Source: Lachnospiraceae bacterium UBA3820
Lineage (GTDB): Bacteria; Bacillota; Clostridia; Lachnospirales; Lachnospiraceae
Length of the DNA stretch: 64,000 nucleotides
Direction of reading: 5' to 3'
Assembly: GCA_002369325.1 (NCBI GenBank)
Contig: DFDU01000046.1
Location: forward strand, 101 to 64,100
This document shows, one piece after another, positions 50,101 through 59,296 of the stretch. The position numbers were made by a program, and so were the translations under genes. Within the stretch, counting starts at the first letter, position 1. Each line of letters starts with the position of its first letter. The notes under the pieces were generated by a model. That model did no database searches. It saw nothing but the letters and a program-made list of their open reading frames with translations, and was not told the origin of the DNA.

Positions 50101-51564
50101 TTCTCTCGCTTTTTTTCCTTCATTTTCACATACCGCAAGACTTACCCTTGCTTCACTTAGAAGCTTATCATGATATTCCTTCTCAAGCTTTGCCTCACTG
50201 ATAGACTTAACAAGCTCTTTAAGCTTTTTCTCAAGCTCATTTTGTTTTTTATCCATCAGCAGCTTTATGTTATAAACATATGTATAAAGAAGTTCATCGT
50301 CATATGCCGCACCTGCTCTTATAGTCTTTATAACAGCATCGCATTCATCGTATTTTTTCTTATCCTCAAGATAAAAACGGTAATCGTTTATGCTTTCCTT
50401 TAATTTATAATCTTCTTCTGCCGCACGGGCTTTATCCTTAAATACCTTTGCTTTATTTTTAAGCTCGTTTGCTTCTTCCTTTATTTCCTCAAGCTTTTTC
50501 TTATCCCTCGAAACCTTAAGGCACTCTATTTTCTCACGTTGCTTATGTTTTTCTTCAAGCTTTCGGTTTTTCTTTTCTTCAAGACTCTTCATATAAGCTT
50601 CATCATTTCCGGCAAATTCTTCTCCCGCCTTATAGATTCCGGCTATGAGTCTCTTATAATTATCCTGCTCCTCATAAAGCTCCATAAAAGAATCCACTTT
50701 ATCGGTAAGCACCTTTATAAGCTCTATCTGATAATCATAATTTGATATATCCTTTTTCTTCTTTGCAAGTACGGTAAGCTGTTCCTTTATATCCATAAGC
50801 ATCCTTGCCATCGACTCATTTCCCGAGTCTTCAAGGTTTGTCTTTACCATAAATGCTTTTTCGATTATCTCTTCAATTAAGAGGTCTTCTATAACCTTTC
50901 TTGTCGTTCTGTAATTGGTCTCGAAATATGTTCTTACATGGCCCTCGGTCTTATTGATACCTCTTATGATTTCCCATTGACTGTCATGCAAGCCGTAGGA
51001 GCTTATGAACCTCTGGTACTCTCCCTTTCTGTCAAAAACCATAACCTTAAGGCTCATATCATTATGTTCCAAATCTTTAAGATATGACCGAAGTCCGCTA
51101 TAGGATACACGCTCTCCGTCTTTAGCAAGCGGAAGATTGATTATGTCATTTTTATTAAACTCACGGTACAAAATACAATAATTAAAATATTCTACCGATG
51201 CAACATCCTTGCTCTTTTCGGCTTCATCCTGAGCATCCTTTGCTTTTCTGGCGCAAAAGCCGGTAGTCATATATCTGTAGCCTTCTATATCCTCGGGATT
51301 ATCAAGCTTCCACTCAATTAAAGAATGTATAACGGTATTGTTATTTCCTGCTCTGAAAAGCTTTTCTATCGGCTGCTTTTCATCAAGAGTTGAATTAGGC
51401 AGCATATTTTGCATAAGTAAAAGCATAAGCACACTCTTACCGCCGCCGTTCGCAAGATCATAAATAGTATTTCTTCCGTACATTCTCATGGTAAAATCAT
51501 CATATACCTGAGTTCCGAAATTATATTTAACATTATTTACTCTGATTCTGTTTATACTAGGCAT
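47161..51564 (-). CDS. jetC: SMC/MukB-like ATPase (Wadjet type III JetC-like)
   Basis: N-terminal LANGGGKS Walker A, about 1000 aa of coiled coil with a central non-coil region, C-terminal GSTGQ and IFIDNPFG; start MPSINR overlaps the upstream stop. Confidence 0.8.
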   Translation of the reverse strand: MPSINRIRVNNVKYNFGTQVYDDFTMRMYGRNTIYDLANGGGKSVLMLLLMQNMLPNSTLDEKQPIEKLFRAGNNNTVIHSLIEWKLDNPEDIEGYRYMTTGFCARKAKDAQDEAEKSKDVASVEYFNYCILYREFNKNDIINLPLAKDGERVSYSGLRSYLKDLEHNDMSLKVMVFDRKGEYQRFISSYGLHDSQWEIIRGINKTEGHVRTYFETNYRTTRKVIEDLLIEEIIEKAFMVKTNLEDSGNESMARMLMDIKEQLTVLAKKKKDISNYDYQIELIKVLTDKVDSFMELYEEQDNYKRLIAGIYKAGEEFAGNDEAYMKSLEEKKNRKLEEKHKQREKIECLKVSRDKKKLEEIKEEANELKNKAKVFKDKARAAEEDYKLKESINDYRFYLEDKKKYDECDAVIKTIRAGAAYDDELLYTYVYNIKLLMDKKQNELEKKLKELVKSISEAKLEKEYHDKLLSEARVSLAVCENEGKKAREEIEELSGKLSRVKLSMNNISFAGYDEQLKETEENISGVKKRLSDISEDEDKFESGLREEKNRLYEYEQKKVSLEEIISGIKNSEEEYKESIKKYNNIKEVYAAGDNGKLVDVISERLTNEILELADLKHDIKRSDKKLKRLEEGRLIAPSKSVKKVLDYIETRHGITAMFGMDYISALGQEKKEKLLNENPLLPYGIVIDDFDVIKDDPNITGIDTDGEAVLIFDMKQDEEKAFYIGESMLLACADKEFFLAEDTKDKLIAKEVENARELKLACEMKEKLHDAYREDRAFVIKTEAGNILDAKEKLENTEKELKDVDNLVKNCRDNIKSYESELAKLKNEKEAKQNYYEELLADNNRLYTIKNLSEIIDGREKISRESRNEAERLRDEINKLSADEGSKKVDVALLESKAASYEKQIDEIVNDWNNNYRSYYNPDKEYDNLGLSMEDIVAKFTAMKLSFDDDKKAIDDKQLLMDTLKISMDRILNTIKKRGTSLDNIKKLNETEELFDIDEGTLETIRRSIDELDYQVKGYEEAYKNKISEADRLSGSIDYAISNIEAAFGHFEEEEASLSEIMAGLADGEKLLDRLDKEAKESEAEYKRYAKEQGYMLELYKDVKRIITTNDISLEDAAIVTEDKDKLREIFEDTLIKYDRSNKKLDKAKNELLRFKGNTSSALEQMSMFELAATIRDDVTIPSSLSLAKELSANLNQTVEYIKLERDRVEKSLSDMETIKENFEEQCLQRCLDVRTELDKLPKLSRIISDGEAIQVVDLNIPYVKDEFLKQKMSDYIDKVVAAADGYENDKDRMKYIRGSLTLKKLFGVIVTDMNAIKLTLYKRERIKEQSRYLKYEEAVGSTGQSQGIYIQFLVSIINYISGMYQTKSDEVTTKTIFIDNPFGAAKDVYIWEPIFELLKANHVQLIVPARGVTPAITGRFDVNYILGQQMSKGKQLTVVTNYTSKVDQEEMEYQDLSYEQVSFDFI

Positions 51565-52270
51565 CCTCTTTACCTCCCAGTATCTCATATATCCTTCCCT
51601 TATACTCTTCAAAGTAGTTTTCAACTATTGCCTTGAAGCGGTCGGTCGGATAATATCTGTCCGAAACAGCCACAAAAAGCTTCTGCTCTATAAGGAAATT
51701 AAATGTAAGCTTAATATAGCCCATACGCGATGCGCGTGAAGCTCTGTTTTTATCCTTATCCTCCGATGTAACGGTAGGAAGCTCATCCCATAAAAGAGCT
51801 ATCGACCTGAAGCTCTCCTCCTCTAGCTCATCCATGGAATATATGGATAAATCATTTATAAACTTAAGCATATAATCATTTACGCTGTCCAATATATCCT
51901 CAGCCTTAATAAATTCCTTAACCTGATAGGATGCCGAATCCTGATAAAAAGCAAGAAGCGCATTATACATAATAAAATAAACCACATAAAGCTCCTTGTT
52001 TACGCGAAGTCCCAAAAGACGCTTCATGTCGTCATTGGTATATCCGAATATTTTATTTCCTTCTCCAGCGGTCAGATATATAGCTTCATTATACTCATAA
52101 ATGCTTAAATTAAGCTTTTTCATAAGTCTTACGGTTATATCATATACTGCCGAGTTAGAATAAAATTCCTCATAAAGCTCCCTTGTATCGGGATTAGATC
52201 GGGATACTTCTTTTCCGATAATAAGTGCCGTATAAATATCAAGTGCCTTGTCCAGACTTCTGTCTTCCAT
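51557..52270 (-). CDS. jetB: KITE/MukE-like subunit (DUF6063-like, JetB)
   Basis: Size, winged-helix-like C-terminus (FLIEQKLF...YYPTDRF) and position between a kleisin-sized gene and the SMC gene. Confidence 0.7.
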   Translation of the reverse strand: MEDRSLDKALDIYTALIIGKEVSRSNPDTRELYEEFYSNSAVYDITVRLMKKLNLSIYEYNEAIYLTAGEGNKIFGYTNDDMKRLLGLRVNKELYVVYFIMYNALLAFYQDSASYQVKEFIKAEDILDSVNDYMLKFINDLSIYSMDELEEESFRSIALLWDELPTVTSEDKDKNRASRASRMGYIKLTFNFLIEQKLFVAVSDRYYPTDRFKAIVENYFEEYKGRIYEILGGKEDA

Positions 52271-53811
52271 TATCCCAATCTCCTTTCAAATGTCATATCC
52301 GTAAGGGTCGCTCCGTACCCTTCAATCTCAAATTCATCACCGAAGGTTATCGTAAATTCAAGATCGTTAAATCTTTCCTTATCCTCTTCGGACATATATG
52401 TAACTACCATTTCCTCAAGCAGTGTTTCCTGCTTCTCGCACATTTTTTTTACATTATAAGCAGTCTTACCTGCCAAATGGACCAAAAATGCATAAAGGTC
52501 TCTGTTTGCATAAACTTCCTTGTTAAACTTTATCTCAAGTATGCCGTTAAACTCTTTAAGGCTTAGCCTGTTCCACTTGACAAGCTGATCACAAAGTTCA
52601 TAAAAGAGCTTTGCAAAGTTCATACCTATCTTTTGGTCTAAGATTTCATCCTCATACATGAAATCAAGATCAAGTTCTTTTTTCTCAACCTTCTCACCTT
52701 TTGCTCCGTCATCGGATTTTAAGGTAAGAATATTATCTATGGATTTAACCGAAAATGTCTTATCAAGCCTTGGTGCAAAAAGCGGCATAAGTATATAAGA
52801 CATATCCGAAGGTCTGTCCTTTTCCATAATATCCGCAAAGCTCTTTCCGAAATCAAATACCGGTCTTAGCTTTCTTAACTTGGCTCTACTTATGATATTA
52901 TCAGCAAACTGTGAAAGCTCAACAGTTTCGGCTATAAGCCGGCTGTGATTATATATGGTTTGTTTAAGCTCTGTTTCAAGTCGGCTGATTTCTTCAAAAG
53001 CTTTTGAGCCGTTTACTTTTCCCTCTTCGGAATTCATACCGTAGGAAGCTTTCTCTACAGCCTTATCAACAAGCGCCTTATTTTTCACAAAAAGCTTTTG
53101 CTCATCATTAAACCATTTTGCTATGGTATCCATATAATCTTCATAAGCTTTTTCACCTTCAAATATATCTATGGATAAGAGCTTTAATACCTGCTCTTTT
53201 TTTTCTTTAATCCGTGTAACCTCGGCATTTATTCTCTTTACGACATCTATACCACCCTTGAAATTATTGGAGGTGATCATCTTCTCAAGAAGAAGCTGTG
53301 AAATATTTATCTTACTTTCTTCCTTAACCTCCTTGGTATCAAGATAAAACTCAATACCCTCGGGTGTTATCGTATAAAAAACCTGTCCGTTTTCTATCCT
53401 GCTGTCTATAAGCTTTACTCTCGCTATCCTCGGTTTTCTTTCCTCAGGATCGTAAAACTTAAATTCAAATGCCCGCCCGTCATTTTTTAATTTATCAAAT
53501 ATATATCCGATTAATTCTTTTTTTTCATCAGTTTCCGTTTCAAGCTCAAAATCCCTTTCAAGAAGCTCAGCCAAAAATCCTTCGAATTCTTCAAAGGTTA
53601 TATCCCTTTCATGAAAATTATTTTCATTTATAAAAAATCTTAGGGTAGCAAGCGTGATATATCCCATATCAAGAAAAGAAAATTTTCCATCCTTGTATTG
53701 TGAAAACGTGGTTTCATTAAGCACGAAAAAAGGATAATACTTTTTTAAGTTAAGCATTCGCGCATTATTTTCTGCAATTATATCATTTATCATTACGTGC
53801 TTTAATGCCAT
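52270..53811 (-). CDS. jetA: Kleisin/MukF-like subunit (JetA)
   Basis: N-terminal winged helix (YTITPEGIEF) followed by helical coiled region; first gene of the coupled triad; start placed at MALKHV. Confidence 0.65.
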   Translation of the reverse strand: MALKHVMINDIIAENNARMLNLKKYYPFFVLNETTFSQYKDGKFSFLDMGYITLATLRFFINENNFHERDITFEEFEGFLAELLERDFELETETDEKKELIGYIFDKLKNDGRAFEFKFYDPEERKPRIARVKLIDSRIENGQVFYTITPEGIEFYLDTKEVKEESKINISQLLLEKMITSNNFKGGIDVVKRINAEVTRIKEKKEQVLKLLSIDIFEGEKAYEDYMDTIAKWFNDEQKLFVKNKALVDKAVEKASYGMNSEEGKVNGSKAFEEISRLETELKQTIYNHSRLIAETVELSQFADNIISRAKLRKLRPVFDFGKSFADIMEKDRPSDMSYILMPLFAPRLDKTFSVKSIDNILTLKSDDGAKGEKVEKKELDLDFMYEDEILDQKIGMNFAKLFYELCDQLVKWNRLSLKEFNGILEIKFNKEVYANRDLYAFLVHLAGKTAYNVKKMCEKQETLLEEMVVTYMSEEDKERFNDLEFTITFGDEFEIEGYGATLTDMTFERRLG

Positions 53812-53928
53812 GGTTTTTATCTTCCTTACCTGCGAAAAAGGCAACATCGTGCCTGTCGCAAAACATAGTTATACAAATATATATTTTACCCCAATATAAC
53901 GTATATATCAAGAAAAAAAGCACAAAAA

Positions 53929-53989
53929 AGGGGAATAAACAAGGGGACAATTCTTACTTTTTCGAACTGTCCCCTCATTCATTCCCTTT
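53929..53989 (-). terminator. Hairpin between lemA and jetA
   Basis: AGGGGACA/TGTCCCCT and GGGAAT/ATTCCC nested arms; T-tract on the minus strand. Confidence 0.55.
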
Positions 53990-53992
53990 ATA

Positions 53993-54532
53993 TTAGAAAT
54001 TCATCTTTACATCCTGTCTTTTAGCCGCCTCTGCCTCAAAGAACTCCTTAGCGGATGCTCCCATCGAGCCTGCAACTATGCTGTTTGGAAATGTTACTAT
54101 CTTTTCATTATAAGCTGTTACATTTGCATTGTATAATCTTCTTGCAGCCTGAAGATGCTCTTCGGTATCTACAATTGCATTTTGAAGCTGCATAAAATTA
54201 TTTGAAGACTTAAGCTCCGGATAACTTTCCGCAAGCATATTAATTCTTCCGAATGCAGAATCCATCTGCTGATTAACAGCATTTCTTTCCTGCATGGTCA
54301 TACCGCTTCTAAGTCTTATAACCTCTGAAAGAATTTCCTTCTCATGCTTCTGGTATCCTTTTACCACATCAAGAAGTTTTGTAAGCACATCATATCTTTT
54401 TGTAAGTGCCACATCTATACCCGAAAGTCCTTCCTTCACCTTTATTTCTAATCTTTTAATGCCATTGTAGGTTCCTATCCACCAAAGCAACAATACCGCA
54501 ACTATGGCTACAACACAAATAATTACTCCCAT
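53993..54532 (-). CDS. lemA: LemA family protein
   Basis: N-terminal TM, YN..., IDVALTKRYD, AESYPELKS, ARRLYN, FPNSIVA. Confidence 0.93.
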   Translation of the reverse strand: MGVIICVVAIVAVLLLWWIGTYNGIKRLEIKVKEGLSGIDVALTKRYDVLTKLLDVVKGYQKHEKEILSEVIRLRSGMTMQERNAVNQQMDSAFGRINMLAESYPELKSSNNFMQLQNAIVDTEEHLQAARRLYNANVTAYNEKIVTFPNSIVAGSMGASAKEFFEAEAAKRQDVKMNF

Positions 54533-54741
54533 TTGTAAAATCCCTCCTGTGTAATTGTTAATTATTTTTTTAATTTTAATGCATTTTATCTTTTATTGCA
54601 ATGGTTTTTCATAACCCTGTTAAAGTAAATTTTCATAATCCTGATGAAATAAATTTACTTAATCAAAATTATTTAATGATTGATTATTATTAAAATATCG
54701 ACTATAATAAAATCATATTTTAGATTAGTCGGAGGGATATT

Positions 54742-55974
54742 ATGTCATATATAGAAAGAGCTATTACAGATATTTTAAAAAAAAGAATAAAATCAAGCAA
54801 ATGTCTATTGCTTACCGGTGCCAGACAGATAGGTAAATCTACTGTAATTAAACATGTATTTCCGGATTATAATAGAGCAAATTTTGATGACAGACTTACC
54901 AGATTACAGGCGAAAGAAGAGCCAAAGCTTTTTTTTCTGAATAACCCATGCCCATTATTTATAGACGAGGTTCAAAAAGAGAGTGATATTTTAGAAGATA
55001 TTAAGCAGATTGTGGATGAATCGGAAGAAAGGGGACAATTTATTCTTTCAGGTTCACAAAAACTTGAACTTATGAAGGGAATGAGTGAATCCTTAGCTGG
55101 AAGAGTGGCTGTTACGGAATTATCGGGTCTATCTCTAAGGGAAATATACAAAATTAAATTTAATAGGCATTTTATACCTACAGAAGCATATATCAAGGAA
55201 AGAGAAAAAGAATTAAAACACTATACGGATATATGGAATATCATACATAAAGGAGCTTATCCGGAATTGTATGACGTTGAAAGAGATTGGCAGGAGTTTT
55301 ACTCATCATATGTTTCTACTTATCTAGAAAGAGATATAAATGAGTTGATTTCAAGTGACAGCATTACATTCACCAAGTTTTTAACTGCTGTTGCAGCAAG
55401 AACCGGTGAAATGCTCAATTACGCCAACATTGCAAGTGAGATAGGTGTCAGTGAGCCAACGATAAAAAATTGGATTTCAATATTGGAAAGAACCGGAATT
55501 ATATATATTCTGCAACCCTATAGCACAAATGCTCTCAATCGTGCGATTAAAACGCCAAAACTTTATTTCAGAGATACAGGTCTTGCATGCTACCTGACAA
55601 GATGGCTTACACCGGATACTTTGAAACGCTCAGCAGTTGCGGGAAATATGTTTGAGACATTTGTGGTTAATGAAATATTAAAATCATATACAAATGAAGG
55701 TATGGATTATAAATTCAATATTTTCTATTATCGCGGCAAGGATAAGAACAATACTAATGAAAACGAGATAGATCTTATCATCGAAGAGGATGGTTTTTTA
55801 TATCCTGTAGAAATAAAAATGTCGGGTAATCCAAAAGCCAATATGGCATCTGCAAATACTGTTTTAGATAAAATACCTGATAAAAAAAGGGGGATTGGAG
55901 TTATTATTTGTCTTATAGACAAGAAGACGTATTTAAGGGAAAATCTTGTGGCGTTGCCTATAGATTATATATAG
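54742..55974 (+). CDS. AAA_14 ATPase with DUF4143 and C-terminal PD-(D/E)XK-like motif
   Basis: GARQIGKS, IDEVQK, SGSQ, ESLAGR, KLYFRDTG, EIDL...VEIK. Confidence 0.9.
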   Translation: MSYIERAITDILKKRIKSSKCLLLTGARQIGKSTVIKHVFPDYNRANFDDRLTRLQAKEEPKLFFLNNPCPLFIDEVQKESDILEDIKQIVDESEERGQFILSGSQKLELMKGMSESLAGRVAVTELSGLSLREIYKIKFNRHFIPTEAYIKEREKELKHYTDIWNIIHKGAYPELYDVERDWQEFYSSYVSTYLERDINELISSDSITFTKFLTAVAARTGEMLNYANIASEIGVSEPTIKNWISILERTGIIYILQPYSTNALNRAIKTPKLYFRDTGLACYLTRWLTPDTLKRSAVAGNMFETFVVNEILKSYTNEGMDYKFNIFYYRGKDKNNTNENEIDLIIEEDGFLYPVEIKMSGNPKANMASANTVLDKIPDKKRGIGVIICLIDKKTYLRENLVALPIDYI

Positions 55975-56013
55975 TATAAAAGCTACCTTTCAATTTGAGG
56001 TAGCTTTTATACT
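55973..56013. terminator. Bidirectional terminator
   Basis: AGTATAAAAGCTACCT/AGGTAGCTTTTATACT between convergent genes. Confidence 0.85.
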
Positions 56014-56122
56014 TAAAACCCATTTTATAAATGAATCAAATTATGAATCAACCCTTACTTCTAATATATCTTTATAAACATCTCATATAATTATGCATTT
56101 TCTTATATTTTACCTCAACTTA

Positions 56123-57391
56123 TCAATTGTCAAGCAGCCACTTCCACACAGATACTACCGGTATTTTTATTCCATCAACATCAAGTTCAGATTCCTCACT
56201 ATTAGTAATAATCATACATTTTGTATCGGGTATATAATTATTAAGCTTCTTAAAAGCATTTACTTCCCTATCCATTGTATCAATATTATCCAATACGCTA
56301 TAACTAACCTGAATTGCAAGTTTTTCATTAGGCATATAGAAATCAATTTCAACATTTTTCTCAAAATAAAATACATTTTCATTGCCATATCTTCTAATCA
56401 GTTCAATGGCTACCAGATTTTCAAGCTGTGCAGTTTTGCCATCAATAAGAAAAAGTCCAAGCAAACCTGTATCCATAAAATAATATTTAGGTGCAGTTTC
56501 CTTCTCAACAAGTTTTGCAGCATAGTTTTGTATTGTAAAAAGTATATATGAGTCAACTATAAATCCCATGTAATTTATAACAGTCTGTTTTCCTATTGCC
56601 GCTCCAGTACTTTTCAAAATATTTACAAGTCTGTTATATGATAATGGTTTCATTATTGACTCCGCAACTTTCTTTAATATTAATCGTATTGCAAAATCAT
56701 TTGTTATTTTATTTCTTGTAATAATATCACCAAGATATATTGTCTGGTAAATACTCTTCAAATAATCGCGTTTATTTCTTATATCAACCAATTCCGGAAA
56801 TGCTCCAAATTCAACATATTGATTATATAAGTTCATAATTACTGCTCTATCCTTTGTACTAATTACATTAGTATAATCAATAGTTAAATTTCCTGCATTA
56901 ATATATTCCTGAAACGAATAAGGAAATATCTTTACAACCATAAATCGTCCACCAAGCGTAGATGCAATTTCACTACTTAGCATTTTACTATTGCTTCCTG
57001 TAATATTTACCTTATATTTCATATCAGCAAGACGACGTACGAACTTCTCCCACCCATATATGTTTTGAATTTCATCAAAAAACAAATATGGTTTTATATC
57101 AGAACCTGCAATCTCGAGTCCTATTTCAAGAATTATATTTAGCTCGTCTGAATTCAATTCTAATAAACGTTCATCTTCAAAATTAACATATACTATATGA
57201 TTAATAGATACTCCTTTATCCATCAGATTTTTGATCTGCTGATACATCATATACGATTTGCCTGTACGCCTGATTCCAACAAAGCAGTAATTCACATTAT
57301 CTTCAAGGTTATAATCTCTGTGGACGATAGGATTATTAAGATACATTTCTTTTTGGTCAATCATTATTTGCTTTAATATATCTCTGTTCAT
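56123..57391 (-). CDS. AAA_14/DUF4143 ATPase
   Basis: GIRRTGKS, FDEIQ, TGSNS, KYYFMDTG, EIDF...IQV; GGAGG RBS before ATG 57391. Confidence 0.9.
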   Translation of the reverse strand: MNRDILKQIMIDQKEMYLNNPIVHRDYNLEDNVNYCFVGIRRTGKSYMMYQQIKNLMDKGVSINHIVYVNFEDERLLELNSDELNIILEIGLEIAGSDIKPYLFFDEIQNIYGWEKFVRRLADMKYKVNITGSNSKMLSSEIASTLGGRFMVVKIFPYSFQEYINAGNLTIDYTNVISTKDRAVIMNLYNQYVEFGAFPELVDIRNKRDYLKSIYQTIYLGDIITRNKITNDFAIRLILKKVAESIMKPLSYNRLVNILKSTGAAIGKQTVINYMGFIVDSYILFTIQNYAAKLVEKETAPKYYFMDTGLLGLFLIDGKTAQLENLVAIELIRRYGNENVFYFEKNVEIDFYMPNEKLAIQVSYSVLDNIDTMDREVNAFKKLNNYIPDTKCMIITNSEESELDVDGIKIPVVSVWKWLLDN

Positions 57392-57419
57392 AGTGATTCC
57401 TCCCTTTATTAAAACCATT

Positions 57420-57491
57420 ATATGCTATTATTGTCTTATCAGCAAGACAATAATAGCATATTTTTGTCTTGTGTGCAAAACAACAATAGCA
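57420..57491. promoter_or_regulatory. Perfect 18-bp inverted repeat plus degenerate second copy (operator or terminator)
   Basis: ATATGCTATTATTGTCTT-N6-AAGACAATAATAGCATAT; the core recurs 33 bp later. Confidence 0.6.
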
Positions 57492-57523
57492 CTTAAAGTG
57501 CACAAAAAATCCGGTTAGCATCT

Positions 57524-58777
57524 CTAAAATTCCAAACTATCCGCATTAAGCAGAAAAAACTTCATTCCCATGATTACAAAGCCTTCTTCATTTCTCCAAG
57601 GCTTTTTTGTTCCATTTACTATAACAATCTTCTTAAATGAATCCGGAATATTTCGGAATGAATTGAATTCCCGTGTCTGTTTTTCCTCATAAGTCAAATC
57701 ATAAGCTACCTGAATATAATATCTCTGGCTGCCCTGATTGACTACGAAATCCACTTCAAACTGCTTACGGGTTGTCTTTCCTTCATTATTTTTTGCATAC
57801 ACTTCTACTATACCAACGTCCACATTATAACCTCTGATAAGTAGTTCATTATAAACGATATTTTCTATAATATGTGTGGGTTCCTGCTGTCTGAAATTCA
57901 ATCTGGCATTTCTAAGACCCAAATCTGAAAAATAATATTTTAAGTTAGCACCCACATATTTTCTTCCCTTAATATCATACCGTTTAGCTTTAGAAATCAA
58001 AAAGGCCTCTTCCAAATAATCTATATGGTTGGATATGGTTTTATTGCTATAATTGATACCTCTTTCAGTTTTAAAAGTATTTGATATTTTAGTTGGATTG
58101 GTAGGTGTTCCTATGGCAGATGCAAGAATATCTACCAATGTTCCAATTTCATCAACATTTTGGAGTTTATTTCTCTCTACCACATCCTTGATGTATACAT
58201 TGGTAAAAATATTTTTCAGATATTCTGCCTTTTGGCGTTCCACAGAAAATTGTGTCACCTGCGGTAATCCACCATATATCATATACTCCTCCCAGGCATC
58301 ATCATAATCTCCTCCATAAGCATTATAGAACTCCGCAAACGATAACGGATAAATTCTAACCTCATCTCCCCTGCCTCTAAATTCAGTTACAATATCACTG
58401 GATAAAAATTTCGAATTGCTTCCGGTCACATATACATCAATATTGCTAATCCTAAGCAAACTGTTTAATACTTCTTCAAATCGAGGCATAAATTGCACTT
58501 CATCCAAAAGCAAATAATACTTCTGTTCATCTTTCATTGCATCCTTGATATACTGATAACACTTTTTCGGATCTCTCAATTCCTCATTTTCAATACCATC
58601 TAAAGCAATCTCAATGATGTGGGCATTATCCACCCCACTCTCCAACAAATATTTCTTAAACAATACAAATAAAAGGAATGATTTTCCACATCTCCTGATT
58701 CCTGTGATAATCTTTACCATTCCATTATCTTTTCTTATCTTTAACTGCTCAAGATATTCATTTCTCTTAATTTCCAC
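57524..58777 (-). CDS. AAA_14/DUF4143 ATPase
   Basis: GIRRCGKS, LDEVQ, TGSNS, KYYFSDLG, EVDF...IQV; GTG start. Confidence 0.9.
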   Translation of the reverse strand: MEIKRNEYLEQLKIRKDNGMVKIITGIRRCGKSFLLFVLFKKYLLESGVDNAHIIEIALDGIENEELRDPKKCYQYIKDAMKDEQKYYLLLDEVQFMPRFEEVLNSLLRISNIDVYVTGSNSKFLSSDIVTEFRGRGDEVRIYPLSFAEFYNAYGGDYDDAWEEYMIYGGLPQVTQFSVERQKAEYLKNIFTNVYIKDVVERNKLQNVDEIGTLVDILASAIGTPTNPTKISNTFKTERGINYSNKTISNHIDYLEEAFLISKAKRYDIKGRKYVGANLKYYFSDLGLRNARLNFRQQEPTHIIENIVYNELLIRGYNVDVGIVEVYAKNNEGKTTRKQFEVDFVVNQGSQRYYIQVAYDLTYEEKQTREFNSFRNIPDSFKKIVIVNGTKKPWRNEEGFVIMGMKFFLLNADSLEF

Positions 58778-58899
58778 AATATCGCTCCTTATTTTTGTGT
58801 ATTGTCACATTTTTCAGTAATCATATTATACTATTATTCAAGCAATTATTCAATATAAATATTACTATTTTATGTGTATAAACACATTTTTATTCTCTC

Positions 58900-59038
58900 T
58901 TTACATTCGTAAGAGCTGATAAACTCACCATTATTTGTCTTTTTCTCATTTTCTGAGTAATCCTGTTCAGTCAATAAGGCACTGAGCCACCGTCTTTCCT
59001 TTATTCACATGTAATGAAAATCCGCCTTGTTGGTGCAT
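58900..59038 (-). pseudogene. Decayed N-terminal fragment of a relaxase/mobilization gene
   Basis: Reads SLHVNKGKTVAQCLID*T, then after a frameshift DYSENEKKTNNGEFISSYEC. This resembles, from recall, the N-terminus of Lachnospiraceae relaxases. Confidence 0.7.
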
Positions 59039-59296
59039 AAAAACCGCCCAAAAAAATACCACTCGGTGAACCAAGTGGCATAAATCAAATATTTTAATTC
59101 TTGGCAATACTATAATCATAAGATATAGCTGTTCATGAAAGAAATGTTTTTTTCGTATACGTTCTTTATTATCAAAGCGGGTTGCTCGTTTCTTTAACAT
59201 CTCTTATATTACTTAGTACCCCATATTCCCCAACCGCGTTAAATTTTTAAGCTATATATACTTCCAATTTTTTAACGTATAAACCAACATTTCACA

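Noticed and set aside
58967-59200. 77-aa ORF as a real gene
   Set aside because: Better explained as a chance frame running into the relaxase remnant.
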